A stretch of 64,000 bases of DNA, taken from the NCBI GenBank assembly GCA_965637545.1, contig OZ281498.1:6944001-7008000 (forward strand), written 5' to 3'. Positions 35,801 to 49,700 of this stretch are shown one piece after another (position 1 is the stretch's first letter; the number at the start of each line of letters is the position of its first letter). The stretch is from Phallusia mammillata. Lineage: Eukaryota. The notes under the pieces are model-generated. The model saw only the letters and a program-made list of their open reading frames with translations. It did not search any database and had not been told where the DNA came from. Position numbers and translations under genes: made by a program.

Positions 35801-38773
35801 GTTTACTGTTTGTTAATCATGTTATATTATAAACATTGTCAAAAGTTTCATAACGTTTCAGCGTTTATGTCACCAGAAAGCCCCATTAACATGTCAATAA
35901 AGTTTGTTTTTAATATAAACAAAAGTTTGACGGAGCCTCGTCCTGGGGCATAATTTGAACGTTTACAGAAACGCTTTTTCTACCCTGTAACCTTCGTCGC
36001 CTTCGTGTACTTAACATTGCCTCTGGCCAGGTTATCCTTTTTCGCAGGTGTCGCACACACCCTGCTCTTAAACGAACCTTTCTCGATTATAATTATGTGC
36101 TTTACTTCTGTGATATGAAATTTGCACCTACAATGTGCAAAACTGACTGGTAATGTGCAACATGGTAACCAATGCGCTTCCGTTCTGCGAAATCATAACA
36201 CCCTGTAATTTTAAGTCATCATGTTGCCGCCATACTTCGTGTTTTTTTTACATTATGGGACAACAAAGTTCTGCGCGGGTATGTTTTTTGGTGCTGCGTC
36301 TCTTCTATTTCTTTCTACTTACCAATACATCGTCGTAATGAGAAGGACACAAAATATCCGGGATTGCAAATACATGCCGGTAGTTTGTAAACAGCGCACG
36401 CAGAGTTTGCAGGGCACGGCTGTTGTGTAGCGCACTGAGCTGGAGTTGCATCTGTAAGCAGGCTTCGGGCTAAAACAAAAAGCATATTGTTAAAAGTTAT
36501 TGTTTCCTAAATGAAACAAATACTAAAGAAAGGAAAATATTTTAAATCTCGTTTATTAAACGGTGTTGTTACTTTTTTACGATGTTGTACTAGAGATTTT
36601 TTTCATTTATTATGAGATATTTGGATGATTTCTTAAAACGCTGCGGTCAACTTTCCGCTTTACTATTTGGATGATTTCTTAAAACGCTGCGGTCAACTTT
36701 CCGCTTTACTATGATCACACCGCCAGAATGGGAAACCGAATTGCCCACTAAAATTAATTTGCATGATTCGCGATTTCATAGGAAGGTTTTGTGTACGACA
36801 CTTCCAATTATCCAATACTCACCTACGCACCCATCCGTCTGGTGCCTGAAGTAACCAGCGTTACAGGCGCAATAGTTTGTTCCCCCATATGTCACACATC
36901 TGCTATTATCTGCACAAGCGTTTACGGCGCAGTAAACCGCCACGCCTACATCTGGTGCTGGTAATACAGGACCAACCGTAGCGACTGGCCCCATTCCTCC
37001 CATCATAGGGTTATTGATACCTAAAAAATAGGCCGTAAAAATTAAAAGTTTGTTGCCATTAGCAAAATGTGTAAAGATCTAACAGCAGCAAAACACAAAC
37101 AACCAGCTAGAAACGAGGTGTATAACGCCTACGCATCTGAACACAGCCGCCTAATTGCACATTGTTAATAAACACATCACCGAAAAATGTTATTTGTTTT
37201 AATTGCGTCTTCTAGTTTGTCAACTGTATATGTTTTCTTTCCTTCTGTTTTGCACCTACCTAGCGCGCGAAATTGGTGCAAAGAATTGGTTGTACTTCCG
37301 GGCAGCATGTTTTTGAAAATAATGCATTATCACGCAAGGCATTTGGATACAAATGGCATTTGACCACAAAGTAGCAATTTTGCGTGAATTCATTTCCACA
37401 ATGTCCGCGAAATTCGTAGTTTTTAAATAGTGACACACCTGCTTCCTGACAAGCGTTAAACGATCAGCAATGTTTGTTTTCTCTGCATACGTGCACACGT
37501 TTTAGCCATGGAAGGTTTTTAAAAAATATTCTTACAGTCAAAATTGCCTATAAGCGTCAACGCCATGATATTGACCGACACATGCACTTTCTCCAACAAT
37601 TCGCCCCCGGCCAGGTTGACTTTTGCCCGATATCTTGCTATAAAATTGTGTTTAAAAAAGCTACTTTCGTTTCATACAACTGCACCATGGTGACCATACT
37701 CGCATTCTATCCATTTATGCATGTCTTTGTTACTGTTACTTCCAAAAACCCAGAAAAGTTACATACATGTTACTATCGTGTTACTGATGTGCAGCTTATA
37801 GTTACGTTATGAACATTAATAGTGATTCAGAAGTACATTTAAATTTTACAAGTACAAGTAAGGAACCATTTGCCATATAGAAGATAAGAAAAATATATTT
37901 GTTATAGCTCGAGTTAAAAATAACCAGGTTTGGTGTCACCAAATTTGTTATAACTATGGATCACAAACACGACGTTATTGTCTCGCATAATGCCGCAGAT
38001 CGCTAACTTCTGTCCACAAACTTTGGCTCTAAGTGTACAATAAATTATAAGCGAAAACTTTCCCCCGAACTTGTGTTTGGGCTAAGAGTATCTTTCATGA
38101 TGTCTTTAGCTTATGGCTTGTGATTTTATTAAACGCCTAACTACAGAAGTAAAAATATTACCGGGGTGGCGTTAGACTTTAATATAAAAAATGCTGCATG
38201 CGTTTAATTGTTGGTACATGTTCTTACGGACGCATCGCGGCCCGGATCTTGGATTCCGAATCGACCTCCAGTAGGTTCCAATGCACTCCAGTACGCTTTC
38301 TCCCAAGTTTTCATACCCATTGTTACAGGTTATTGTAATCCTGTCTCCCCTGTTGTATCTTTGAAGTGTGCCTGTAGGTTGGGGCGTGTAAACTGCATTC
38401 TGCACGAAATACGGTCTGTTGCAAAAAGCTGAAACAAAAAGCTGGTGTTGGTAATGAGCATGCGAGACCAATTGTTGGTATAATAGAAAACACGAAAGCC
38501 TATTTTCATTAACAAATTCACGAAACACGAAAGCTTAATTTATTCATCAAATGCTAGTTTATCCGATATACTTTCATTTCTCGAATCCACTTCTTAGTTA
38601 ATTTGACCTCCACTGGTGCCAAAACTGCAGTTACATCGAGTACAAAGGCTCGAAACTTACATTTTACAACCCTGATTACTTATTAGTGATTACTTATAAT
38701 ACTTACTTCGTAACTGTGCTTTTGTCAGCAAGATGAAACCTGCCAATGTCAAAACACCTAACAAGCGATTCAT
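26868..38773 (-). CDS. Gene D: secreted sushi/CCP-repeat protein (signal peptide, CCP, 2 EGF, 12 further CCP; about 1016 aa)
   Basis: Minus-strand exons: 38773-38707 (MNRLLGVLTLAGFILLTKAQLR, signal peptide); 38428-38228 CCP; 37020-36823 and 36451-36323 EGF; then CCP exons 35447-35232, 33475-33281, 32938-32750, 32429-32223 (GC donor), 31953-31753, 31565-31368, 31073-30867, 29933-29730, 29274-29071, 28746-28543, 27950-27744, 27422-27213; last exon 26881-26868 (ASIN*). All internal exons are phase 1-1 and multiples of 3. Each CCP has the C..P..NG...C..G(Y/F)...G...C...G.F...C pattern. No TM segment. Confidence 0.85.
33934..33998 (-). pseudogene. Truncated pseudo-exon, a duplicate of the 5' part of CCP exon 32429-32223
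   Basis: Acceptor ttttgcag, then APQRSCSPVSIAGGIVTPHTH* (compare AAPQRCSVPVAIAGGT...VTP). The upstream intron (34030-34100) also resembles 32452-32515. Confidence 0.75.
34555..34981. mobile_element. hAT (Buster-type) MITE in gene D intron
   Basis: TIR cagcggttcccaaact / agtttgggaaccactg. TSD ctctatac / ctctgtac (7/8). Confidence 0.9.
36618..36709. repeat. Perfect 46-bp tandem duplication (intronic)
   Basis: tatttggatgatttcttaaaacgctgcggtcaactttccgctttac occurs twice in tandem. Confidence 0.95.
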
Positions 38774-39847
38774 TTTGCCAATGCTAATTTGCCGACTTCT
38801 AAAAAACATACAATGTTATTGGTTTCAAAACAGTTGATGTATTCGCGTTGACGTCGGGTTGTAACTTTTTTCAATCTAAACTCCATTTGTCTCTATAAAA
38901 CATCGTTGTTGTGTTTTGTATTGAGCAAAGTGTTTACTTACATGAATCAGTGTTACAATCTACCTGAGCCTTGGGCTCTAAAAGCGTCCGACATCCATAT
39001 GTACCACGTACTCTTGACAAAATGTTGTTTTTCTGCATAAGCTAGGCCTGAAGCGGTTTGTGATTATTCTGCTTGTAATACATGAGCACATACAAGGACA
39101 TTGGATATACAAATCATTTTCTTGTATGACAGCACCTTTATTCTTTCCTGAGCTTGTATTTCTATATTATGTTTAAATAGTTTTGGCACTTTAAACTGAA
39201 TTCAACGACTTTAGCTTTTATCAATCTTATAAAGTATTGTACATCGATCTTTTCCCACATACTGAAGTTATGTCACTGCGCGCAATCTGCGCCATTTGAC
39301 TCGTTTGCTGCGATGGCGCGTAGTTCTCGGGGCGGCCACGTCTGCCCGAAGGCAGAACGCGAGGTTTAAATAGATTCCGTGTTTGTGATAGCAAGCCCCA
39401 ATCACAAACACTCATCTGACAAAAATCTTCCACTTCTGCAACTCAAAACCGGTTATTTGCGCAGGATACGAGTTTCAATTTTGGCCACTACGCAGGTTCT
39501 GCTGTCTGCAAAGTTGGGTCGAAGTTTGGCCTTGCGTTGATAGGTGTTTGTCGACAACAACGATGTAAACATGTCATTGGAAGTTGATTTTGAAATTTCC
39601 AAAAATTTTCAGTATGTTTTTGCTGTGAATTTTGGCTTCTTCTAATTAAATGTTTTAATTGTCGTTTGTAAGAATTACACATTGTTAATATGCCCCAATC
39701 GCACAACCACCGAGAATAAATTGTTTCTTGTTATCCAATAACTCTTGTTTTGCACAAATTTGAACAGCGTTGTTTGTTTTTTCGAGGTTGGTTGTTTTAG
39801 CTCTGCAAGAATAACAAGAAAACCGCTTTAGATATGTTATTCTAAAG

Positions 39848-40124
39848 CAGGGGTCGGCAATCCATGACACGCGTACCAAGATTGGCACGCGAGGGTGTTT
39901 TTCATGGCACGCCAACCGATTTGCGTGTTTATATTGAGTAACAATTCAACCAGTAACACTGCTTTTTTCAGTTTTCATTATGGCATTGTTTTAAATTCAA
40001 CCTTACATGTATAAAACACTCTGCTTTCTCGATAACTTATTATTGCAATCTGCTGGAGAGGTTAGTTAATACATAAAAATAACAAGTAAATTGGCACGCG
40101 TCGCCTAAAAGGTTCCGAGCCCTG
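39848..40124. mobile_element. hAT (Buster-type) MITE, family X copy 3 (opposite orientation)
   Basis: Ends caggggtcggcaa / ggttccgagccctg. Perfect TSD ttctaaag. The interior is the reverse complement of 15868-16180 and 17710-18020. Confidence 0.9.
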
Positions 40125-40728
40125 TTCTAAAGTATACCGCTTTCATAGCTTACGAGATTTAAAATTTCCTTTAAATATATACACTCGTTCGGTGTGTAAA
40201 CAATCTGCACTTGTCGTTGAAAGCATTCCTGCATCGTAAACTGTCGTTGAAAAAAACTCAACTTGGTTGCTTTATTGTTTTGTATTTATAGAATCACCGG
40301 GTAAATACTTGCATTAATTGGTTAACATGCAGCAAGCACTTTCTAATGTAGTTTCGCAGCTTATTACTAACGACAACAAGTTGATGCATCTTTTATTCTT
40401 GTTTGTTTTCTGTTATGAGCCTGCAAATATACAAAGCAATTTTAGCAAATTTTTCAAACGCTAAATACGTTTTTAAGTGAATGGATGGCATAAGAAATTA
40501 GATTTTCTAAGTTTTGCTGCACGCTTTTGAGACCTTTCAGGAAATGATATTGGGAATCCATATTACAAAAGACTACTTTTTGTCAGTTTTAGTATTCTTC
40601 AATCAGATTTCAGCGCCTATTTTGTACTATGGCGTGCTTGGTGACCTAAAATGTGGCAGATGTTATCGTCAAAATCGTTTGCGCAGAGAACGTTATCATT
40701 TCTAGCAAGGACCAATAGAAATCTGTAC

Positions 40729-43700
40729 TTACTTGCATGTAGGCGGTTCGACGGCCAACTGTCCACTTGAAAGACACAAATTTCTTTGTAGGCCAACAAG
40801 CTCGTATCCTTCATTGCAGGCAAACGTTATTAAGGCATTACTATTAACCACAGTTGTACCATTCGGCACGATGAATACGTTTTCTGCTAGTTCTGGTTCG
40901 CATGTGACCGACCCGGTTGCTGTTCCCTCTGTAAAAATGTATAAATGCAATAAGAGCTTTGTCGGCGATACTTGAAAAATTTGCAATACAGTAAAGATGC
41001 GACAAATTTTAAATGCACCAAACTGGGAACAATTTGCGCTTTGAAGATTGCACAAGCTGTAATAGCTAATACGTTGGGTTGTTGCGCAGTTTTTTAAGTT
41101 TGAAATAGTTTCCACGTGTGCAATTTATCTAGTAGTTTCCTATTCGAAATAATTACTAAATAACTTGTTTCCATGTAGGCAGCATGGATTGTTAAATGTT
41201 TCTCAACAATCTTCCAATTTTACTTGAATCCACACATAAATGCCTTGCCTCCGTATGGTTAACAGTACATATATGTTAAAGGTACTTACTGACGCATTTT
41301 GGCTCCTCTCCTAATATTGTCCCATTCTCAAGACAATACCGCCTTCCAGTAGTATTAGCTGAAAGCTGATAGCCAGTCACACATTCATAGGTTATGATAC
41401 CATTTGGCTGGTATTCTGTTCTGTCTTCAGGTAAAATCCTTACGTTTGCCGGGGCCTCTGGTCTTTTGCAAGTCACAGTTTTTGGAGTTGTCGTTAGAAC
41501 TGGGGATTTTGAGGGACTCACTGTCGAAAATGGAAAAGCATAAATTGTTGCATTAACTCATTGCCTTGATACAAAACATTAGTAACTCACTAGATTTGCA
41601 TGTTTTATTCAGATTTGATTACAAAAACACACTAATGGTTGTTATTTTTGAAATCAAGAAGTGTGGACTGATGATAAGTTTAAACCCGTACCAGTATGGA
41701 TGCCTTATTTTTTACTGACTTAAATCACTAAAACAGTTCTCCAACTATAAATTGTTCATACTTACGATTGCAAACTGGCAAATCTCCGAAAACCATGCCA
41801 CTCTCTTGACAGAAGCGCAGGCCACTGCTGAATGGAGCCAGTTCATATCCTTGCTTACATCTATAGGCGATAATCTGAAACGGCTTCCATTCGGTTTGGT
41901 CAGGCGGCACCAGCTGTGCGTTCGGTGGCACTTCAGGATTTTTGCATGTTGTTACATTTGACTTCTGTGCTTCTGTGTCAAGATATTTTAAATAGTGTAA
42001 GTGACTTTTAGAATCATTTTTAAGTTTTGATTTTATTCGACACTTATTCAACCCATTTTGTCCCCAAGTACTTCCTTAATTTGACGATCTTCTTAGTTTA
42101 CTCGCTCAATGGTACGTAACGATGCCATCTTGAACTGAACTATGTGAAGATTGCGGCGGCGAAATAAATTAACCGAAACAAATAACAATATCTTCACATT
42201 TGGTAAACTTGAAAATTATTGCGAAACATACCTATACCCACTTTTGGGACCAGACACGAACGATTTTCGCTCATACAATCCTTTGCTGTATAACTAATAT
42301 AAAACTTTTTCATTTACCGACGCAAGTGGGTGGATCAGCAGAAAACTGCCCATTCGACTGGCAGAGGATGGATGCCGGTTGACGCGACGGTTCGAGTCCT
42401 GGTGGACATCCAAACTGCACGGTGTCTCCTGCTTCCCATGGCCCATTTTTAGGGTTTGAAATAAATATCAACGTGGGTAGGATGGGTGCTGGACAGAGCC
42501 TTGTTAAAGGCCCCTCTATAAAGAATATTTGCTGTTTGGTCTTTCGCTTGAAAAATCATTTCTATTTTTTGACGGACTTTCTTGTAACGTTTAAGGTCTT
42601 CATGGTGTAAGTTTTTGTTGTTACAAAACGTGCCAGTGGCAACTTCAATATTTTTTTGTCAAACTACCACTTTTTCGTTTCGTTCAATGCGCTGTGTTTT
42701 CTATCACGTAAAAATGATGCCTAAAGTACCGATGCTACTTGGTATCCCCCTGTTTTCGGAATACTGCTATTTGACTTACTGGTGCAAATTGGAACATTGC
42801 CGTTAAATTGTTCGGTTGCAAGACAAACCAAGCTTTCTGGTCCAACTAGGTTGTAGTTCGCGTCACAGTTGAACAGGATTCTTTCACCCACTGGCCAAAA
42901 GCTTTTGTTTGCTTCGTCTATTCTGAGAAGAATTTGGCCATTGTCTGGTGGTAAAGGTCTTCGGCATCCTTGTTGTACAACTGCAAATATAAAAGATTAG
43001 AAAGCAATTTTATGTGTTGTTTAACCTATAAAGCAAACAACATCAGTAAGCATATGTGTAAAATGAGAAAAACAATCGCTTTTTACGGTCAAAGTCATGT
43101 AGTTTGTATTGCAGGGCAATGAAAAGCAGAAATCAGGTGTGTAACATATTGCTTAATGCACGACAAACTGCAATGAACAATTTAAGCTGCCCACTTCCGA
43201 CCTGAGTTTATTGACACTATATACTGTATGAGGAATTTTCTTACTTTCACAACTTGCTGAGAGCTGACTGAATGTTCCATCAGCTTGACAGTTAATCATC
43301 GCACTCCCGACTAAACGGTATCCAGCTGCACACTCTAATCTTGCGACTTGTCCCACAGTAAAAACCGTTGCCTCTCTCACTAGTCGTAAGTTTGCTGGCA
43401 ATAGCGGATTTGAACAAGTGATCTGACGACCTGAAATAGGCAAATAACAAAATAAATAGAGGGGGTTTAACGGACTCTAAGTTTCCGAGATGTTGGTTTA
43501 ATTTATCTGCGCTTTAGTGCTGCAAATCGTATATTTAAGCTCGACCAAGGCATTTTTGTCCGCATCTTGATTTTGACCGTAGGATTTTCTGAAGTCTGCA
43601 CACTAACCTGTGCATATTGGGAAGGTGTCCGAATACTGTCCATTGGTCATACATCTAATAATAGGGTTGCCGATAAGTTGAAGTCTAAGGGTACAGGAAT

Positions 43701-46700
43701 ACTGAACAACATCTCCTGGAGAACGTAGCTGCTCGACTGTGCCGTTAATGGTTGCTCCGAATTGCACCACGGGAGGAGGACACTTCTGTGGCACTTAAAA
43801 CAATAAAATAGTATTAGGTTCAACCCACTGCTAAAATTTATCCGACCTAGAGGTTTACTTTCTTGTTATGACTTGTTGACTACGCAAGTTGACCTGATAA
43901 ATATGTTGTATAAAGACTGTTTAATCTATAAATTATGATTTTTGCAATGTTGCATTTAGTATGTCGGTAGAAAATTCATGTTCTCACGATAGCCGATTTA
44001 AATAAATATCGTGTTATTCGAACTAACCAACACTCCAAACCCGTTGGTTGCAAAAACGTGTAGACAAGTTCTGGTGGAGTATTATGCTGATATTAATGCT
44101 GCGGCATGCAAACACCATATCAGTCGAATCACACAAATAAGTTTTCTTTTCTCAAAACATTTGAAAGTTTATGGTTGCTTATCCCTCCCAGACTTAAATT
44201 TTCCCGCTTTGAAAACTGTAACAAAGTTCATGACAAATTCGGTCTGCGCAGAGTTTAAGTTTTCTTTTCTCGAAACATTTGAAAGTTTATGGTTGCTTAT
44301 CCCTTCCAGACTTAAATTTTCCCGCTTTGAAAACTGTAACAAAGTTCATGACAAATTCGGTCTGCGCAGAGTTTTGTTTTCACATGCAAGGCGTACCATT
44401 AAATTTTATCACCTACTTGTGCATACGGGAGGGTCGCTTCCGTATTGTCCGTTGTTGAGGCAGACAATTTGTGCAATTCCGGTCAAATTATATCCACTGT
44501 CACATATGTAGGTGACGCGATCGCCCGCTCTCCATTGTGTTCGGACTTCCACTATTCTTCCATTGGTTGGTGGACTGGGAGGTGGACATGTTGGTATTTC
44601 CACTGTAGTAGCTGAAACGTGAAACCCACTGGGCAAAATGCAACGTCAAGAGCTGGGGTCTCTAGTGGTTTTCAACGGATAACAATGAATTCTATAAGCG
44701 CATGTGTTTAAGTTTCAAGCTGTTAGAGTTACCACATGTTCATGCAAAACCTAGCATCTGATTTCTGTTATCCCAGCAAGGCAGATTTCTTAAATATTTT
44801 CCCAATTTTAATGGAGAATCCGGAATGACTGATAATAACTTTGGTGTGAGGCCTCCAAGTCCCCGATGGATAATATTTTATAAAAGGCAGTGGAAACTAT
44901 CTAAGCCTGCCGCACTCCTAATATAAGTGCCACTTTGTACAGGTGAAACTAGACCGCATCGATTTTGATAGGTTTTGTCATTTCAAGTTTGCACTATTTT
45001 TGTTTGAACCATATACAAGCCAGTCGTGTTAAACAAGCGAAGGACATTTCTGCTAGCTTAAGTACCTGTGCATCTTGGATCGTGCTTGGAAAACAATCCA
45101 TTAGAAAGGCAGGTTGCTCGAGCTACCCCTGATAACGTGTATCCCGTCTGGCAGGAAAAGGTCACCTCTTCGTTGACATTCCATTCAGTCTGCCCCAATG
45201 GTAGAGAATTTCCATTTCGCGGAGTGGATGGATTGGTGCACTTGTTTGCTAGAATATGTAACATGAACGTGTATTGCAATTTTCTGTAATGTGAGCAGGT
45301 ATTTTGGTAGTAATGTGAAAACAGTAACACCTACAGCTTGATTTGTTTTACATCCTCGGAAGGTTTTTGAGTGATCAGAAAGTTAGTTAAACAAAGGATT
45401 CTATAATGGTTCAGCTTGTCATGCAAGGTTTTATAGCCTATGCCTTGTCGTATGGGAATGGTTTGGCGACAGACTTGAATCAGTATAACGCCTCTAATAC
45501 GCCTGATGTGCTTTGATTTCTAGCGTTATAATGCGAAATACGTGGCATAATATGCAGACAGCACACCATACGCTCTTACCGACACACATGTTTCTGATGT
45601 TTTCAAACGTCCCGTCACTTCGACATTGGAAGGACGATGGTCCGATCAGCCGGTATCCCTCTACGCACGTAACCTCGACCACTTGTCCCTCTGTAAACAC
45701 CTTTCCACCGCCGCCTACTACACGGCCGTTGATGGGCGTTGGTGGGTTAATGCAAGTCACATCAGCAGCAATTCCCCCATCATGAAAATCTCCTGCAGCA
45801 ATGTAATTTATCAGGTAACCCAAATTCTAAAGTTGATGGCAAAACTTTTTAAACCGTCGGCAAGCGGTCACTGCATATCATATGTAGCAAACTTACGTAT
45901 GCAGTAAGGAAAAGGTGAGGTGTAGTTTCCATCTGACAAGCAGGTTAGGAATGCTTGGCCGACGAGTTGGTAACCATCCAAACAAGTGTAGGCAACGACA
46001 TCTCCGGTATTGCGACGTTCGAACTGCGAACCATTAATCATTCCTCCTTCTGGAATAACTGGCCGACAACATTGCATCATATCTGTAGAAATAGGTTTAT
46101 GGAAAACGAGCATGAACCTCTGACAATGTACATCACTTTTTGGCCCAAACCCACAAAGGCACACTGATCTGCAATTGAACTTGGATAATATATAATTTTA
46201 CCCCGGATTTGGACCTGGACTTGGGTTTTTTACGGAGCATATCAAAATCCGGCTACATTTAGTTTATTTCTTTTGTTTTGGCATAAGTTATCTGCTGCGA
46301 GTGTTTTATTTTCGTACAAAAGGCGTAAAATTAAATAAGTTCCTGGTTTTGGGTAACTGATACGAAGTGGCCCAATGTTGATTGAAACGAAATATTTCGT
46401 CAGACTCCAATTAGGCCTTGGATTTGTATTGATAAATGATCTATACTGGCGAATGAGCACCAAGGATAAATTAAACCCGTGTATGTGTTTACGTGGATAG
46501 CTTTAACGTAGATTTGGGAAACCAAACAAGAATATGGCGATAATAATTTGCGCCGGACGGTGTTGCAATTTTATACATATTAGGCAAATTCTTCGTACAT
46601 GTACAAATAGGTGTCGGGCTGCTGAACTGTCCATCTCTTTGGCACACCGCTTCACTTGCTCCGTTTATTGTAAACCCGAAGTTGCAGGCATATCTTATTC

Positions 46701-49700
46701 GCTGACCAACACTCCATTCGACATTCTGACCCACGATTCTTCCGTTGAGTGGGTTCACAGGCGGAACGCAAAGGACCCTTTGTGATCGCATTGATATCTC
46801 TTCTAAAAAGTAAATTGTGTTAGTAAAAGAAAACAATCTTGTCAAAGCAAATCGGTCCGGCAACTCAAAGCACAATCGGTCCCTGCTTAAAAAAAGTTGT
46901 CTGGTCAAAGTCTGACGTGTACCTGCGCTGTTGTGTCTATTTTAACGGTCCTTACTTCCAGCTTTTTATGAACACGTTAGACGTAGAACCTTTGTTCTTC
47001 GAAGTTTCGACCAAAATAGTCGGCGTGCTGAGGCCTGATTTAGCGACCCGAAAATACCATGTTTACTATGCGGTTACCGATACAGGTGGTGTTGTGCGTT
47101 GAGAAAAATCCGAAAGAAAGACAAGTTGCCGAGTTTCCGCCTTGCAACACGAACCCTTCGTCGCATCCGAATGTTACAACTTCGTTAACATTCCACGCAA
47201 TCTTTCCAAACGGTCGTGCGAAGCCAAACACCGGTGGTTTGGGGTCGACACATTGAATAACTCCTGTACAAAAATAACATTATCTGTGTCATTAGCGGTA
47301 CTTGCGTCCTAAAGAAACTTGCACAGCTTCAAGTAAAGACAAATTTTGTGCGCCTTTGGCACTTTTTCAATATTTGATAGTTTTCCTAGGTGAAAAAGAT
47401 TTGCAAGATAAGTTTAATTAATGGTTAAACAGCGTAAAAGTATGTCAGAATAAAAGTTGACAAAATGTACGTTTATTTACGGTGATCACTTAAACATGTA
47501 TAATGGCGATTGCTAATACCATAGTATAGTTTATAAGGGTAGACTTACTACTGCACATAGGTGGTGGGTTACTGAAAAGTCCGTTGTTGCGACAAAAGGC
47601 CACACTACTTCCCCGCATCTCATATCCAGAGTTACAGAAGTAGGAAATGCTATCTCCCTCCCTCCATTCGTCACCCTGTTGCGAAATTCCTCCGTTTATT
47701 GGCGACGTAGGCTTCGCACACCTTGCCCTGTTTGCTAAAATAAAATATCTGACCGTGATACTCATGTTTTTGACTTTCCTACAAAATAGCAAGCGGATTT
47801 GCATTCTAAACTAACTAGAATGAAACCTGTTAAGATGAACATAAATAACTGGGATCAGCACTGAAGCGTCTATGCAGACCAGCGATTATACGGCACACTC
47901 ATATATAAATCACAGTACGCCAGACCCATTGAAGGCGCCATATCGAATGGATTTGGCTAGCAATGTACCTATAGGTACAACCTTATTTACCTATAGGTGT
48001 TTATAAATGCCGTACACTAGTTACGAAACACGCTAACTTTTATTCCTATTGGAACAGCGCTATATTTGGTTATCTTTGATTGTGGTGTGAACACTACTTA
48101 AAAAACATTGGGTATCAGTTTTACCTATGCACGAAGCAGTGTGTGCTGAAAAGTAGCCATTCCTCAGGCATGTTGCTGTGCTGACACCCTGAAAGGTGAA
48201 TCCATCGTTGCAAACAAAACCTACAACATCCGTTACTCTCCACACGGTTTGGTTTAGTGGCAGGATGTAGCCATTGTCCGGTGTTACAGGCGGGATGCAA
48301 CGAGTCACTCCTGAAAACAGCAGCGCATACTTTATTGAATTGTGTTAAACGGTGCCATTGGAATTGTGCACAGTTTGAGGGAAAATTGTCGGTTCTCACA
48401 ATTGTGCGGTAGCGACGATCTAGTGACTCAAAACACTAATTGGTTTTAAACGCTTTCAGCATCGCTGTATTGCGAGAAATTATTAAATAGTGGCATGGAT
48501 CTTGTGTAAATAGGTTAAACAGCATTGATAATGTGAAATCAGGTTTGTTAGTGGAGATTTGAGCTTGTGTGTGCAATTGTTTATTGGTAGTTATTAAAAA
48601 AATGCTTACTGCTGCAGAGTGGTGTTCTTTGATCAAATTGTCCGTTGTTTTGACAAACGGCCATAGGGCTTCCCGTCATCTCATAGCCAGGGTTGCACGT
48701 GTAGGTTAAGCTGTCGCCTTCTAACCATTGGACTCTAAGCTCCGTGATTCTTCCATTAATTGGTGCCCGAGGTCGAGCACAAGTTGAGGTAATCGCTACA
48801 ATGTAGAGGAATAAGGTTAAAATTCGTTGCGATATCTTGATGATAATAACGTTACCTTTGCATTCTGCGCTGTGTGACGTAAAGAATCCAGAAGAGAGGC
48901 AAGTGGCAATGCTGATGCCCTGAAAACGGTAACCACGTATACAATCGAATGCCACAACCTCGTTCACACCCCAGTCGGATTGGTTCAGTGTCAGAATGAA
49001 GCCGTTTTCGGGTGCAGTCGGCCTTGCACACCGAACTGCAGGGATTGGAAACAGATGTTTAAGATGTTGGAACGGTTGAAGAAATGTAACAAATTAAGGT
49101 CTGACAACAGTTTTGATTTAAGTTAATCCAATACTATTCTGTTTTTTAGCCTACACGCATTCACTGATTCGTAAGTCACGAAGGCAATTGGTTTGGTACA
49201 TTTTGCAATTGGGTTTTGGCATGTGGGGAAAATTCACCAGTCGACACTATTGCCAAGAAGTAAATTGTAGAGCGAAATCAGAAGACTTTGAAGATATGAA
49301 CAGCATATTTAACTTTGTTTTAGTTTGGCGAAAAATACATTTCAATTGGGTACTTACTACTGCATATGGGAGGCGGGTTGTCAAACTGTCCATTGTTCTG
49401 GCAAAATGACTCGCTGCTGCCGCTCATCACATATCCAGCATTGCAGGAATATGTTATTTGTTGTCCCGGCGTCCACTGGACTCTCTGTTCCAAAATTCGG
49501 CCATTGATTGGGACAGGTGGGCGCGCACAAATTGGTGCCATTTCTAAGTGAAAGAGAATTTTTGGCGGGTGTATTTGATAACGTTTTTTGACCACCTTTG
49601 CACAGGAAAAACAATACATCTATCACCTCTATATACTTTTACTATATTTCTCTCACTACAAACCCAATTCTAATTTCGCACATTTTTGCATGTGCTAGCC

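Noticed and set aside
42000-42200. A fourth CCP gene start before the K-type exons at 41972
   Set aside because: The only ATG (MASLRTIERVN*) is closed by a stop and encodes no signal peptide, so the K exons were kept in gene B.
44011-44511. 166-aa plus-strand ORF
   Set aside because: It spans an intronic 118-bp tandem duplication and the antisense of a CCP exon. The repeated peptide simply reflects the DNA duplication.
47880-48020. 16-bp palindrome tgtacctataggtaca with 7-bp flanking inverted repeats
   Set aside because: Too short to define an element, and no TSD is evident.
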